A DNA stretch of 64,000 nt from Raja brachyura (Eukaryota): NCBI GenBank assembly GCA_963514005.1, contig OY740782.1:96782001-96846000 (forward strand), read 5' to 3'. This document shows, piece by piece, positions 11,286-24,227 of this stretch (the stretch's first letter is position 1; each line of letters opens with the position of its first letter). The notes below the pieces were generated by a model, which saw only the letters and a list, made by a program, of their open reading frames with translations, was not told the origin of the DNA and did no database searches. A program made the translations under genes and the position numbers.

Positions 11286-14200
11286 ATTTGCAAACCACAT
11301 TAAGGGCACTCACAGGCCAGTAAAACCACACTCACAGTTTAGTAGACATGTGTTCAGTATTATTCACAGCTCAGACTGTGAGTCGTGACCTCTCACTCCC
11401 CCATCTTGCAGAGACTCAGGCACGTCCACACTTCCGGGTTTTATAGTCCCTCCCCCTCCCACCGGAAGGGGCGTGACCTTTGTGATGTGATTGACAGGAT
11501 AGAGAATCTCAACATTTTTAATACATTAATAAGTCTTTTATTTTTCATCGATGGGAAAAATCCTCTTATCCTGCGCAGCGGAGGGGGACCCTGAGTAAGA
11601 TGGCCAAAAATCACAGCCGTAAGTGCTAGCGTTTTTTCTAAAATCAATATGCAGTGCAAACAGGAACAGGATCCGGATCAGACTTTTAATGATATAGATG
11701 TTAAAGGCATGTAGGGGTCATGCCTGAAGGAGGTCACAGGATACCAAAGCTGATGGACATACATGATCTTATTGAATGGCTGAATAGATCTCGTTTCTGT
11801 TTGGAGTTTCAGTTCCCTGGTGAAAAATAACTTAATCACATGAAAGTGAGTACAGACAGTCAGTTGATTCAGATGATACGATTTCACGCATGCTTCCTCC
11901 CTTCTCACTTCAGCTCATCAACGGATCCTTTGATCCTATTTTCCCTTTATGCTATTCCTCTTGCCCAACAACTTCCATATTCTCAGTATTATCCATTACA
12001 AAATTATTAATTTCTCAGGTCAGGTGGTGATTTGTGGATAAAGATACAAGAGTTAATTTAATAGCTCTTGATTTGATTGATACTTTATTATCACATGTGG
12101 CAAAATATGCAAAGATCCGCCACATAGAGTGCCGAAAATGTTACTGAGTGTTCTATGTGGTCTCCAATAGTCCCTCATTGTTCTTGGCAGTCCCCCCACG
12201 CCGGGATCCTCTTTGTTCTCAGCATCCCCCCTCATGGGGATTCCTCACCAGAGAAGGTATTTCATACAATGGTTGCATTTGAAGACTTCATAATATAACT
12301 TGGCAGATCGAATGAACTAAATGACGCCCTCAGACCTCTTTCAAACTATGGGTTGTGTTCATTCCTCTTCCATTATATTCACTCACATGTTCATTTATCC
12401 TACTTATTTACCTATTGATCAATGCTTTCCTTAGCATAAAATTATAATGTTTTTAGTCTGTTCTTAAATGTATGTTTTAGTGTATTTTTAGTTTTGTATT
12501 ATGTGGGGTGTGGTGGTGGGCAGTGGGGAAACTTTTAAAATCTCTTTCCTCGATGGAGATGCGATTTTTCCGTATAATATATCCATCCGCACTGCGGCCC
12601 AACATCGTGGAGCTGGCGGTCCCTTTGCTGGGGATCGACTTTGGGAGCTCCAACCACGGGAGCCTGCGGACTGCACATCGTGGAGCTCGCGGTCCCTTGG
12701 ATAGGGAGCGAATTCGGGATCTTCAACCGCAGGAGCTTCGACCACCCTGATCACGGGAGCTTCGATCGTCCCGAATGCGGATGGTTCGACTGCCCCGACC
12801 GCTGGAGAAAAGAAGGGAAGATAATACGTTATTGCCTTCCATCACAGTGTACTGTGGTGGATGTTTATGTTAATTTCTATGTATTTGTGTGTCTTGTTGC
12901 TCTTTTGGTATGACTGTATAACAAATCAAATTCCTTGGATGTTCTTACATACTTGCCTAATAAATTAATTACAATTATAATTACAATTAACCAATAAGGC
13001 TGATATATATTCAAGAGAAAGCACCGTTTTACAGTGATTCTGCACCAGTGGCTATTGTAAATGTGCATATCAAAGGACTTGCTGTGAAATCCTGAATCTC
13101 TGTGGTCCTAGATTGTAACAGAGGTGCCAATGGGATAACTTACCCATGTAACAAGATATTGCTTGGAGCACTAAATTGTTCAATAAAATAGATTATTTCT
13201 GTGTTTCATTTTCCATATTCAGTGACTTGATTTACAACTATATTCCAATGTCACTCTCGAGTTTAGTAATCTGGAGATTTATGTGCTATCACTGTATTTC
13301 TGAAAGCAAATTTTCCAAATATGGTCTCATCGTGTTTTTTGTGTTTTTGTGAGAATGAGAAAGGAATGTTAATGTAATTCTCAGATGATACTTTTTCCCA
13401 AGTTCCTCTTGTTCAAAACTTGTTGCTATAGTTTGTTGACAGGGAAGTGTGATTATCTTTGCTGTCTATGTATTGTGAGTCCTCCTCTGCCATCTGCACA
13501 CTGGCCCACATCCTCATTGCCAATTTCCTCTGATCTTTGACAGTTGCCACTTCCTCTCAGCAACTTTTGTCTTCCATTCCCTTCCCTGTTCTTGCGGCAT
13601 TAGGGTCACCACTTACTCTGACAGCTTTAAGTATTAAACCAAAGCAAAAAACACTAAATATATTCAGCATAGCAACTGGTATCAGTGGAGAGATTACAAA
13701 ATAGTGACGTTATCTGAACGCTTCCAATAAAAGGTCACCAACATAAAATATTATCTATTTCTATCTTTAGTGGGTACTTTCAGGAACTCCAAGTTCCTCT
13801 CATCCACTGCTCTTCTAGTTAGCTATGCATCATCTAGCACTCCCCCAGCTAGTCTTACTACAATGCTTTCCTAACTAATCCTAACCAATCTTGCATCAGC
13901 CACTGCTCTCCCAACTACTCTAGTGTTTTATACGGTTGATAAACTTTGGTTTATTAGAATACTGCTGTCTATATCCTGACTCATACCGAATCTTCATATG
14001 CCTGTTAAAGGTCTCCATTATCTCATTATCTTGCCTTTCTTCCCTTTCTCTATAAAGACATTCAGCCATCCAGGAACTCCATACTCCTGTTTTTTTTTTA
14101 TATTCATTAATATCCATGCATACTTCATGGTGCCGTGGAAAAGCAGCCAATATAATCAAATACTTGTCCCACCTCAGTCATTCCTTTTTCTCCCTGCTCC

Positions 14201-14889
14201 TGCACATGACTGGACTCAGGAACAGCTTCTTCCCCTCTGTTATCAGACTTCTGAATAGTCTTTCCATAAGCTAAGGCACTGTCCGATTCACCTCTACCCC
14301 ATTGAGGACATTGGATTTTGTCTAGGGAACTTATGCGCTACAATGCTGTGAATTATATTCTGCATTCTGTACCTTCTCCTTTGCTCTATCTATTGTATTG
14401 CGTTTGACACAATTTTATTTAGCTAAAGTATATCTGCTCCATTTTGTATAGAATGTAAAACATAGCTTTCACTGTACCTTGGTAATAATAACCCTAAACC
14501 TTAGCCTTAATCCAAAATAACAAGGATGTGGACATGGCCAGCATTTATTATAAATTCCTCGTTATCTCTGAACCAAGGTTAGTTCACAATCAGGCCAGGA
14601 ATCTGGAGTCACATATAGGTCAAGCCAGGGCACATATTTTCATCTTTGAAGGATGATACAGGACAGGGTGGATTGTGAACAATAATTTGGTAGTCTATGG
14701 TTGCTGTTCTTAATATTATCTTTTTTGGGATTCCAGATTTAAATTCAAGCGATCAAATAAACTCACCAGATGCTATGGCAGAACAAAAGATTCTCAAAAT
14801 TACTTATCCAGTCTTTAGATATTAATCTATCAATATAACAAGTGTGCTGCCATAATCTATTTCCCCTCCAATTTCATTCATTTCAACAT

Positions 14890-15475
14890 TGAACATAGGA
14901 TACTACGGCACTGGAACTGGCCCATAGTGTTTGTGTTGAACTGGATGCCAAATTATATGAATGCCTTAGCTTGACATGATCCATGGGCCTCTATTCCTTG
15001 CATGTTTGAGTGGCTGTCTAAAAGCCTCTTAATTGTATCTACCTCCACCTCCACCCATAGATGCATGTTCCAGGCACCAATTACTCTCCGTGTAAAGATG
15101 CTTGCCCTGCACATCTCCTTTAAATGTTCCCCTTCACCTTAAAGCTAGACTCTCTAGCATTTAACAGTTCTGCTCAGGGAGAAATGCTCTATCTATCCTA
15201 TCTAGGTCACTCATTTTATAAACTTCTATCAGGTCTTCCCTTAGCCTCCGATGCTCCAGATAAAACAATCCAAATTTTCCCAACCTGTTCTGATGGCTAA
15301 ACCCTCTAATCTAGGCGGCATCTTGATAAAATTATTCTGAAAACTCTCCAAATCCTCTTCATCCTTCCTGTAGTGGGGAAACCAGAACTGCACACAATAC
15401 GCCAAATGCAGCTTAACCAACGTTTTATAGCGCTGCAACATGACTTCCTGACACTTATACTCAAAGCATCAACCT
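14890..15475 (-). mobile_element. CR1 3' fragment
   Basis: YKTLVKLHLAYCVQFWFPHYRKD. Confidence 0.78.
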
Positions 15476-15659
15476 AAGTAGAAATAACAGGAAATTAATT
15501 AATTTAAAATATTAATGTATTATATCATTCCATGTCACATAATTTAGAAGATCTCAGAAGTGTCAGATGTCAGCAGGGAGCTGGTAAAATACCACTAGAA
15601 GAAGGTCCACCAGGGAATAGCTGCCCTTTGTGTGTCCTTTGTGTGCAGTCTGGTATATA

Positions 15660-16000
15660 ACCATTCCCTCTTCTCCCCTCTCCCATCTGGCAAAGGGTAT
15701 AGAAGTATAAAAGCACACACCAGATTCAGGGACAGTTTCTTCCCAGCTGTTATGAGGCAAATGAACCATCCTATCAACAACTAGAGACCAGTCCTGAGCT
15801 ACTATCTACCTCATTGGAGACACTTGGACTATATTTGATAGTCACTGGACTTTATCTTGCATTAAACATTATTCACATAATTCCCTTTATGATGCATCTG
15901 TACATTGTAGGTGGCTCGATTGTAATCATGTACTGTCTTTCCACAGACTGGTTAGCACGCACAAAAGCTTTTCACTGTACCTTATAAACTAAACCCAAAC
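15660..16000 (+). mobile_element. Rex1/Babar-type LINE 3' end
   Basis: Matches the 3' ends at 28612-28960 (reverse complement) and 48760-49085. Confidence 0.7.
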
Positions 16001-16914
16001 TCATTTGCAAAGACAGCTACAATGTGACTGGTACAAAACTGGTCTTAGTAATTGTTACAGGCAATAGACGTGCTTTCCTATCTCATCTACGTCAACTTGA
16101 ACAAAATTATTTGCAAAGTTGCGAGGTGCAATGGACCATAATGAGTGACAAATATGGCAGATGATGGAATACTATGATTTAGGAGCACTCATACCCTTCC
16201 CAGGTTCATCACATTAATCTAAAAAAATATTATTTTGTGAAAGTCCTTAAATTGGTATCACTTAAGTCAGAAACTTACACAAGGAATTATTTGTTTCATG
16301 TGGATATGAAGGATGGCTAAAAGACGAGGTGAAAAAATCAGCAATGGTCTGAACATGAGATTGGATGCCAGGTACTAACACTATAATTCTTATTTATTTG
16401 TCCATTTATGGTTTGAACTGCCTGGTGGATTCTCAGTTAGTGACTTGCGGTGTAGCATGTAATAATCCATGTAATAATGCATGTATTAAGGGTATATTTA
16501 TTCAGTTAATGTACACTGCCGGAAATAAGGATCCATCTGATTGCCACAATCTAATTTTCCAAACCCTGATATAAAGTTAACAAATAAATTCAAGCACTAA
16601 AAATACATTTATGCTTACTTAATGTGACTTTCATTTTGTCAAAGAAATACATCCTATATGGGTAGCAGAAAAAGCAGTTTTGGTTGCACTACGGACTTTG
16701 ATTTTTGTTGCACTAGTAAAGGGGTTATTAACTTTTTGAATGTTTCTGCATTGCATTTGCTGGCTGCCGGTATGAATTTCATGGTTCTGTCATCAATACA
16801 TATGACAATTACACACTTTTGACTTTCAAATTATTTTCCATAAGTTATCAAATGTGACAATATTCACACAAATTCAATGTAGTGCTAAGTAATAAACTAT
16901 TTTAGTAGTGTTAA

Positions 16915-17110
16915 TTAAGGGATAATATTAGCCAGGACCCCACCTCTCCTGTTCTTTGCACAATGTCATGGGGCTGAATGCATCCACCTCAGCTAATGGA
17001 TAGGATCGCAGTTTGCCACATATCTGACAGTGTGCTGCTCTCTCTGAAGTGCACAGGAATCTCAATGAACATTACACGTTGAAGTCTTGCAATGGGACTT
17101 GACTTTATAC
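16915..17110 (-). mobile_element. Ancient DeuSINE (SacSINE1/AmnSINE1-like) relic
   Basis: GGATAATATTAGCCAGGAC...CCACCT...GACAGTG...GGGACTTGA resembles the recalled Deu-domain reverse complement. Confidence 0.45.
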
Positions 17111-17700
17111 AGTTGCAGAAAACAATGGCGAGCATGAAAACAAATTTCTGCTTTGATACACAAAAGAAAATCTTATGCTTTAAATGCAAAATCCTACCTG
17201 TTATTTGCAAAACCAATCACAAGGTGAGCTGTCATTAAATTGTTAATTAATATTAACCAAAACAGATATTGGATTATTGTCCTCTGAGCTATAAAATGGT
17301 CTGTGGAATCTAGAATGGATTGAATATCAATATGGCAGATGACTGCCAAAAATAACAGACTTTGGTAAGTTTCTGGTGCTATGGCACTGTCTTTGGAGTG
17401 GGGTGAATGCTGACTTTTGATTCAGAGGTATAAGTGCTAGCAGTGAGCACAAAAGCTGACTCCATATACACATTTACTACATGGAGGATGCAATAGGTTC
17501 TGCAATCCCTCAGTTGTATTCTCGCCTGGTAACACTGTACCTGTGGAGCGAAGGCAAAAGTACCACTAACAGCAATTTGATTACAAGTTTCAGCAACTAT
17601 AGCTTTTATTACAAACGACAACAGATCTTGATAACATCTTAAGTAGACAAAAAATGCTGGAGAAACTCAGCGGGTGAGGCTGCATCTATGGAGAAAAGTA

Positions 17701-17735
17701 GGCAACGTTTCGGGTCGAGACGCTTCTTCAGACTG
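17701..17735 (-). ncRNA. Minimal hammerhead motif in a solo Penelope-terminus unit (17641-17735)
   Basis: CAGU-CUGAAGA-A-GCGUC UC GACCC-GAAAC-GUU, with palindromic AACGUU as stem III. Confidence 0.6.
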
Positions 17736-20194
17736 CAAAAAATAAAAGATTTCGGTAAGTTCCTGGTGCTCCTAAGATCTGGATCAGTTCCATTGCCTAT
17801 GCATAATTCCGTGCACTTCAAATCTCCCAAAATAACTTATTCTGACAGGAACCTTGATTTCAAAATTACTGGCGCAAAGCATTAAGACTAAGATGTTTGG
17901 AATGAGTTTTGAGATCACATTGCATTCACCTGAAGTGTTAAGTATTGTTGCTCCTAGCTGGCGTTAGCAATCTGTAAATAAGATTGATCCTGCATTCAAG
18001 CAAACAGCGATTGTTCTGTCAGAATGAAAAGGAAGATCGGATTTCTTGACGGTTCCTCACAAACCATTCAGTAGAAATATTGTAAGGGAATGCTCCTTGG
18101 TGCTTAATTAGTGCTAATGGCAACCGAGTGCCAACATTGCTTTGGTTTCAATTTCTGCTGTTATAAAACTGGGGCTGTGATGTTGGTTCCTTTCAGCAGA
18201 GTTTCGACATTCAGACTTAGATGTACAACCTGCGCAGGTTACAGCTATCATCTGGTTGACAAGAGTTTGAAGCGATATTGTGCTGAACGTGTGCTTGTGC
18301 GTGTTTTTATTAGAAGATTACTTCTTGGATATTGATGGTGCCCAGGGGAGCAGCACTTATGACGAGACATGAATTTAAACTTGTCATGGATTTGCTCTCT
18401 TGAGTGCCATTGATTGCGCACCTCTCAAGGAAACTGGGGAATCTTTTCTGGCGTAAACACTGGATAGCAACACATTGCTTGCAACACTGGATTTTTCTTT
18501 GTGATGGCAAATTTTCCTGGCAAGAGGTCTTTTTGATATTTTGGTTTAACAGTACGATATGTCTGGAAGATTTAACGTCAATTTACAATGACATAGAGTG
18601 GCAGTTCATTGTTAGCGATAACTGAAGTTTTAAAGAATGCAAATAACTTGCAAAGCTGTTCGTGAAACATGAGGATTTAAAACATAGTGATAATGGGGCA
18701 TCTGAAATCTTTGTAAATAATAATACTGACTTGTATTGCAATACTGCTAGACATAAAATTTAGGATTTAAATTCCAGGTAGTTATTATATTTATAATGTG
18801 GGATAACATTATCTGTTTGCCGCTTACTGCATAAAGTCAAAATACATGTCTTTTTTCAAACCCACGCATGTGTTATAATATTATTTTTTCCTTTTTTTTG
18901 CTGTTGTATCTAACAATTGCATTGGAAAGCAAAGCAAAGTTTGTTCATGATTTATACAAATGAGAAAAGCAATGGCAGTATTCAACCATCAGGCTATTAA
19001 ACACTACAATCTCCAAATAAGCATCTAGACTTGGGGGCATTGTCTTTGTCTTTGCACTATTATTGTTTGTTTGTTTATTATATCTATGTACTGAACTTGT
19101 TTTATGGTTATTATGGTGTTTACTGAGTACTATGTTTACATATCTGCTGTAATGAAGAATTTCATTGTTCCTTTTTGGGACATATATGACAATAAAACTC
19201 TTGACGTAGTTTCCCCTTCTGACTTATTGATTATTTGTGTGGTGTATCAACCATCTCATCGAGCATAATAGACCAATCTGTAAATGATAGTTTCAAGCAA
19301 ATGGGAAAAAATCAATTTGCTTCAGACATAATAACTTTTTTTAATATCTCCCCATATTTCAGAAGTATTGGCTATTGGTTTTCTTGTCACTCCTATCCAA
19401 AAATGTGATAACCATTTTTCAGGTTGACCTGTTTCAAATTGTCATAACACCTTTCAGTGCTCAATGATGTCAACTGCATACACGTGTGCCCTAATTTTAT
19501 TGATGTTTATTCCTGCTCCTTCTATATGTTGTACATTATTCATATCCTTGATGATTGAAACTGTGGACTTCAGCATTTCATAAGAGCAAGTGGAGCCACC
19601 TTTAGTGAGATCAAACAGATATTAATAAAAAAGCAGCCTTGCTTAACAGAAACATGAAAAATACCAAAACAAATATCTTGGTTTATCATTGCATTAACAG
19701 TCAATTTTACTATAAAAAGGATATTCTTGCAGACATTATTATTCTTTGTGTTGCCACAGATAAGAGGGTATAACATAAGATCTGGAACACATAGCTCCTA
19801 CTACGCAGAGGTGCAGCGCTTAGTTCTGTTTGATCATGTGATTAGCGTTGCTGCCTCACAGCTCCAGAAACACGGATATTATTCTGACACGGGAAGTTTG
19901 CACATTATCTGTACAAGTGCATAGGTTTCCTCTGGGTGCTCAGTTTCTTCCTATAGCCCAAGGTGACAGTTAGTTGGAGACACATGGAACTGCATGGGTT
20001 GAAATCTTGAGCAAAGCGCAATATGCTGGAGGTAATCAGACTTCTTCAGACTGAAGAAGGGTCCCGACATTAAATATTGCCTGAACATTCCCTCCATAGA
20101 TGCTGCCTAACGCTCTGAGTTCCTCCAGCACTTTGTGTATTGCTCAAGTGACAGTGTTAATTAGCTACAGTAAATTCCCTTTGATCTTACCCTT

Positions 20195-20800
20195 TCTTCT
20201 GCAGTTGTATAGGGCTCTGGTGAGACCACATCTGGTGTATTGTGTACAGTTTTGGTCTCCTAATTTGAGGAAGGACATCCTTGTGATTGAAGCAGTGCAG
20301 CGTAGGTTCACGAGATTGATCCCTGGGATGGTGGAACTGTCATATGAGGGAAGATTGAAAAGACTAGGCTTGTATTCACTGGAGTTTAGAAGGATGAGGG
20401 GGTCTCTTATAGAAACATATAAAATTATAAAAGGACTGTACAATCTAGATGCAGGAAAAAATTTCCCAATGTTGGGCGAGTCTAGAACCAGGGGCCATAG
20501 TCTTAGAATAAAGGGGAGGTCATTTAAGACTAAGGTGAGAAAAAACATTTTCACCCAGAGAGTTGTGAATTTATGGAATTCCCTGCCACAGAGGGCAGTG
20601 GAGGCCAAATCACTGGATGGATTTAAAAGAGAGAGTTAGATAGAGCACTAGGGGTTAGTGGAGTCAAGGGATATGGGGAGAAGGCAGGCACGGGTTATTG
20701 ATAGGGGACGATTAGCCATGATCACAATGAATGGCGGTGCTGGCTTGAAGGGCCGAATGGCCTCCTCCTGCACCTATTTTCTATGTTTCTATGTTTCTAT
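20195..20800 (+). mobile_element. CR1 3' fragment
   Basis: LYRALVRPHLVYCVQFWSP...TRGHSL...FTQRVVNLWNSLP, with (TTTCTATG)n tail. Confidence 0.9.
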
Positions 20801-20884
20801 GATGCGCATCAACTGGAAAAAGTATCAAAGGGAACTCGATATTTGTGTATGAAAGAGAACAAGATACCCGACTTACGGGGAGTA

Positions 20885-21572
20885 CATTGGCACAGCAGAA
20901 GAGTTGCTGCCTTACAGCACCAGAGACCCGGGGTGGATCCTGCCTACAGGTGCTGTCTGTATGTGGTTTGTACGTTCTCCAAGTGATCTTTGTGGGTTTT
21001 CTCTGAGAGCTCTGGTTTCCTTCCACATACAGGTTTGCAGGCTAATTGGCATGGTAAAATTGAAAATTGTCCCTGTGTGTGTAGGATAGTGTAATGGGCC
21101 AGTCCCACTTCAGCTATTTTTAGGCGACTGTTGCCAACTGGCCCCCATTCGAGATAAAATTTGAGATAGAATCATTACTTTTTTTTAAAAAAGTAAGCAC
21201 CAGCGCCAACCTATGTCACCTGGCAACAACCTAAGCTAACCTGGCGACAACTACGACAGCACCTACCTCAGAAGTCAAGCTACACTCATTGGTGTCAAAC
21301 CCACTGCCGCCGACTGTCTATGAAAATTTTTCAACAGGTTAAAAATCCAGCGGCGGCCAGAAAGACGCTACGACTCTTTGGGAGACTGAGATGACTACTC
21401 ATGAACATGCAGGCGACATCCTGGTTACCATGTGGTGACAGCCTAATCACCTGTATCGCCTAAAAATAGCCTAAGTGGGACTGGCCTGATAGTGTGTGGG
21501 GATCTCTGGCCATCGCGGACTTGCTGGGCCGAAGGGGCTGTTTTCATGCTGTATCTTTAAACCAAACTAAAT
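20885..21572 (+). mobile_element. HE1/V-type SINE split by a MITE
   Basis: Head and body 20885-21095, tail 21488-21572. Confidence 0.75.
21096..21487. mobile_element. MITE (PIF/Harbinger-like) inserted in a SINE
   Basis: TIRs of about 30 bp: GGCCAGTCCCACTT..GCTATTTTTAGGCGA and TCGCCTAAAAATAGCCTAAGTGGGACTGGCC. Confidence 0.75.
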
Positions 21573-22989
21573 AAAGGAAACAGAAAAATGGCATTAGACC
21601 AATGGGAGTGCTTCCCTAGGAGGTGGCAAAGACCTGAAGGGAAGATTGGCCTTCTTCAGTGCTCCTGTAAGTACAAGTCCCAGTTTCTGATGAAAATAAC
21701 TTGCTAAATAGAATTAGTCTAATTGCGACCAACAACATACTGACAGAATAAGTATTCCTGCATCTCCAATCTTCTACATTATAGTGGAGGATGAATAGAA
21801 AGAACCCAATGGACTTCAACATTGCTTAAGAGCAAGAGGAAGGGGAACATAGAAACATAGAAAATAGGTGCAGGAGGAGGCCATTCGGCCCTTCGAGTCA
21901 GCACCACCATTCAATATGATCATGGTTGATAATCCAAAATCAGTACCCCGTTGCTGCTTTTCCCCCATATCCCTTGATTTCTTAGTCATCAGAGCTCTCT
22001 CTTGCAATACATGAGATGTTTATGCTGGAGTGAAGGTCATGATGGTATAGGAAAAACATTTCCCCTTCATTCAAATCTTTAGTGGTTCTTTTCTTTAGAT
22101 TTATTGATTAAAATTATGGTCATTTTTCAAACAACGTAGGTGGGAAAAAAAAATAGAAACTTAGCTTTTGTGAATCAGTTGAAATGTATCAAAAATGACA
22201 ACAGCCAATTTTTAGATCCTAAATGCATACTGCACAATCTGGAAGAGTGGGAGAGTTAAGATTCAGGGGCATGGAAATCGTGGTGGGGCAGACATTTAAA
22301 ACTAAAATTCACGGGGATTTCTTCTTCCAGAGCATTTGAATCTCTGAAACTTGCAAATGCAGAGGGTTGTGAAGGGTAAATCATTGGACGTATTCAAAGT
22401 ATAAGTTAAAAATGTTGAAAGGTATGGGGATCTGGCACAAATGTGGAATGTAGTCTGGGGCAGGTCAGGGATGAACAGATTAAATGGTGGAACTGGATTG
22501 AGAGTCTAATGTTCAATGCTCCAATGTTCACATGATCTTGCATTGGTGTGAGAAGAGGAGGAGGAGGAAACCTTCCAGGGCAACGCATGGTTGACCTGCC
22601 TATTCTCTCCATCTTGACCAACTCCAAAGGATGATCAGGTTAAAGAAGCTACTGCCAACCATGAGTTATCATGCTGCTTGTTCGCAAGCAACTTATGACT
22701 CAAAGGAAAACTGAACATATAGGAAATACTCAGCAGGCCAGGCCTCATGAATAGGAAGAGAAAGTGAGTCATTGTTTCAAATCGAAGATCATTTATCAGA
22801 ACTAGTTATGGCTCATGTTTCTATATTATGCAATTGTGTTCTGCTACCTAGAGTAACTGCCATTTCATTATGCACCAGTAAAAATGTTATATTCCTTAAC
22901 CCCTTTAGGTAACCTGCAATCTTTGCAAAAATGTTAAAATCTTACATTGTCGCAATATTCATAACTTTCAAACCAGCGGAATTGGGCTG

Positions 22990-23802
22990 AAGGGGGCGCC
23001 GTTGTGTATGGCAGCCTTGCCTGCAGCTGTTTGTCCTTTCATGCTTTTTAAAATGTTTTAGTCTGTCAAAAGTTTTGTTTTTGAGGACTTTTTATGTGGG
23101 GGATGGGGGGGGGGGGAGAGAAGGGGGAAACTTTTTTTCTAGTCACGACCTGGTCTGTCCTCCAAGCCGCATCTTCGCCCCCTCTGGATTGGTGCGGCCT
23201 TTCCTGCCATGGAAAGGCTAGAGCTTCAGCTTCAGCAGCGGCACAGCACTGAAGTACCATCGCGGAGCGGGTGATGCCTTACCGAGGTCGCCGTGTTGGA
23301 GCTCCGGAGTGCTGGGACTGCCGACTCTTACATATGGAGCTGTGGTCTGCGGAGCTTCCATCCACGGGTGGCGCTGACTTTAACATCGTGGAGCCTGGGA
23401 TCTTTTGCCGAGGATTGCCGTGTGAAGCTCCGCCCAGCTAGGCCTGTGGGTTTCGGGAGTCACGGTCTCCGGTAGGAAGCGGCCGAGTCGGAACTCCAAG
23501 CCGCTGAGAGTGTTCTTCCGATGCCAGAGTTTCATCATCCGGCGAGAGGGTCTGAACCTCGGGCCGCCGTTGCAGTGACTGCAGAGGCCTCAATAGGCTC
23601 CGACCACGGGTGAACAAAGAGGCAGATGACTGAACTTTTATTCTTCCCTCACAGTGGGAAACATTGATGCTGCTGTGTGTGGATGTTCATGTTAAATTCT
23701 ATCGTGTGTTGTGTTCTTTTTATTTGTATGGCTGTATGGCAACTCAAATCACCCTGTACCAATTGGTACAGTGACAATAAATGTAAACGTGAACTTGAAC
23801 TT
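22990..23802 (+). mobile_element. CpG-rich non-coding interspersed element with LINE-like tail (related copies at about 12450-12965 and 32605-33060)
   Basis: Shared blocks TTTTTAGTCTG, GTGGGG...GGGGAAAC, AACATCGTGGAG and CCTTCC.TCACAG. AATAAA plus short tandem tail. Confidence 0.65.
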
Positions 23803-24133
23803 ACTGCCATCTAGTGCTTGATCTTTGAATACCTTCAATTGATCTCTAGAAGAAAATGTACTGTGAACCTCCAGATCTGTATTGCTATTTAGTTAATCAG
23901 TGAAAGATCTCAACTTCACCTTCCATATTGATGGGAAATCGATCTCAGTTTATATGTCACTAATATATCACTATTTCTTCAGGAATTTTTAAGGTGTTGC
24001 TCCTAGCAGCATGGTATCCACCATTGGAAATTTGTAACAAGAATTTTATTTTAACATATGGATTGTATTCTAACTTCCCAGAAAAAAACATGTTCAGGGC
24101 ATGTTTTCCAAAGCAACAACTCTACTTACTTAT

Positions 24134-24227
24134 TCTGAAGAAGGGTTTCGACCCGGAACGGCGCCTATTTCCTTCGCCCCATAGATGCTGCCACACCCAC
24201 TGAGTTTCTACAGCACTTTTGTCTACC
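24134..24227 (+). repeat. Solo Penelope-terminus unit, hammerhead core mutated (GAAA to GGAA)
   Basis: CTGAAGAAGGGTTTCGACCCGGAACGG. Confidence 0.7.

Larger units (their letters stand above)
8240..11698 (-). mobile_element. Composite non-autonomous Helitron-like element(s)
   Basis: Minus-strand 3' end has a GC-rich hairpin (GGGTCCC AAC GGGTCCC, one mismatch) then ACTTAGT-CTAG|T at 8240. A|TC 5' ends lie at 11053 and 11698 (ATCTATAT...). Internal minisatellites present. Confidence 0.6.

Noticed and set aside
11063-11293. Repeat array resembling a CRISPR or a repeat protein (KQARCGRFE)n
   Set aside because: Contiguous 27-bp minisatellite with no unique spacers and no cas genes, in a eukaryotic context.
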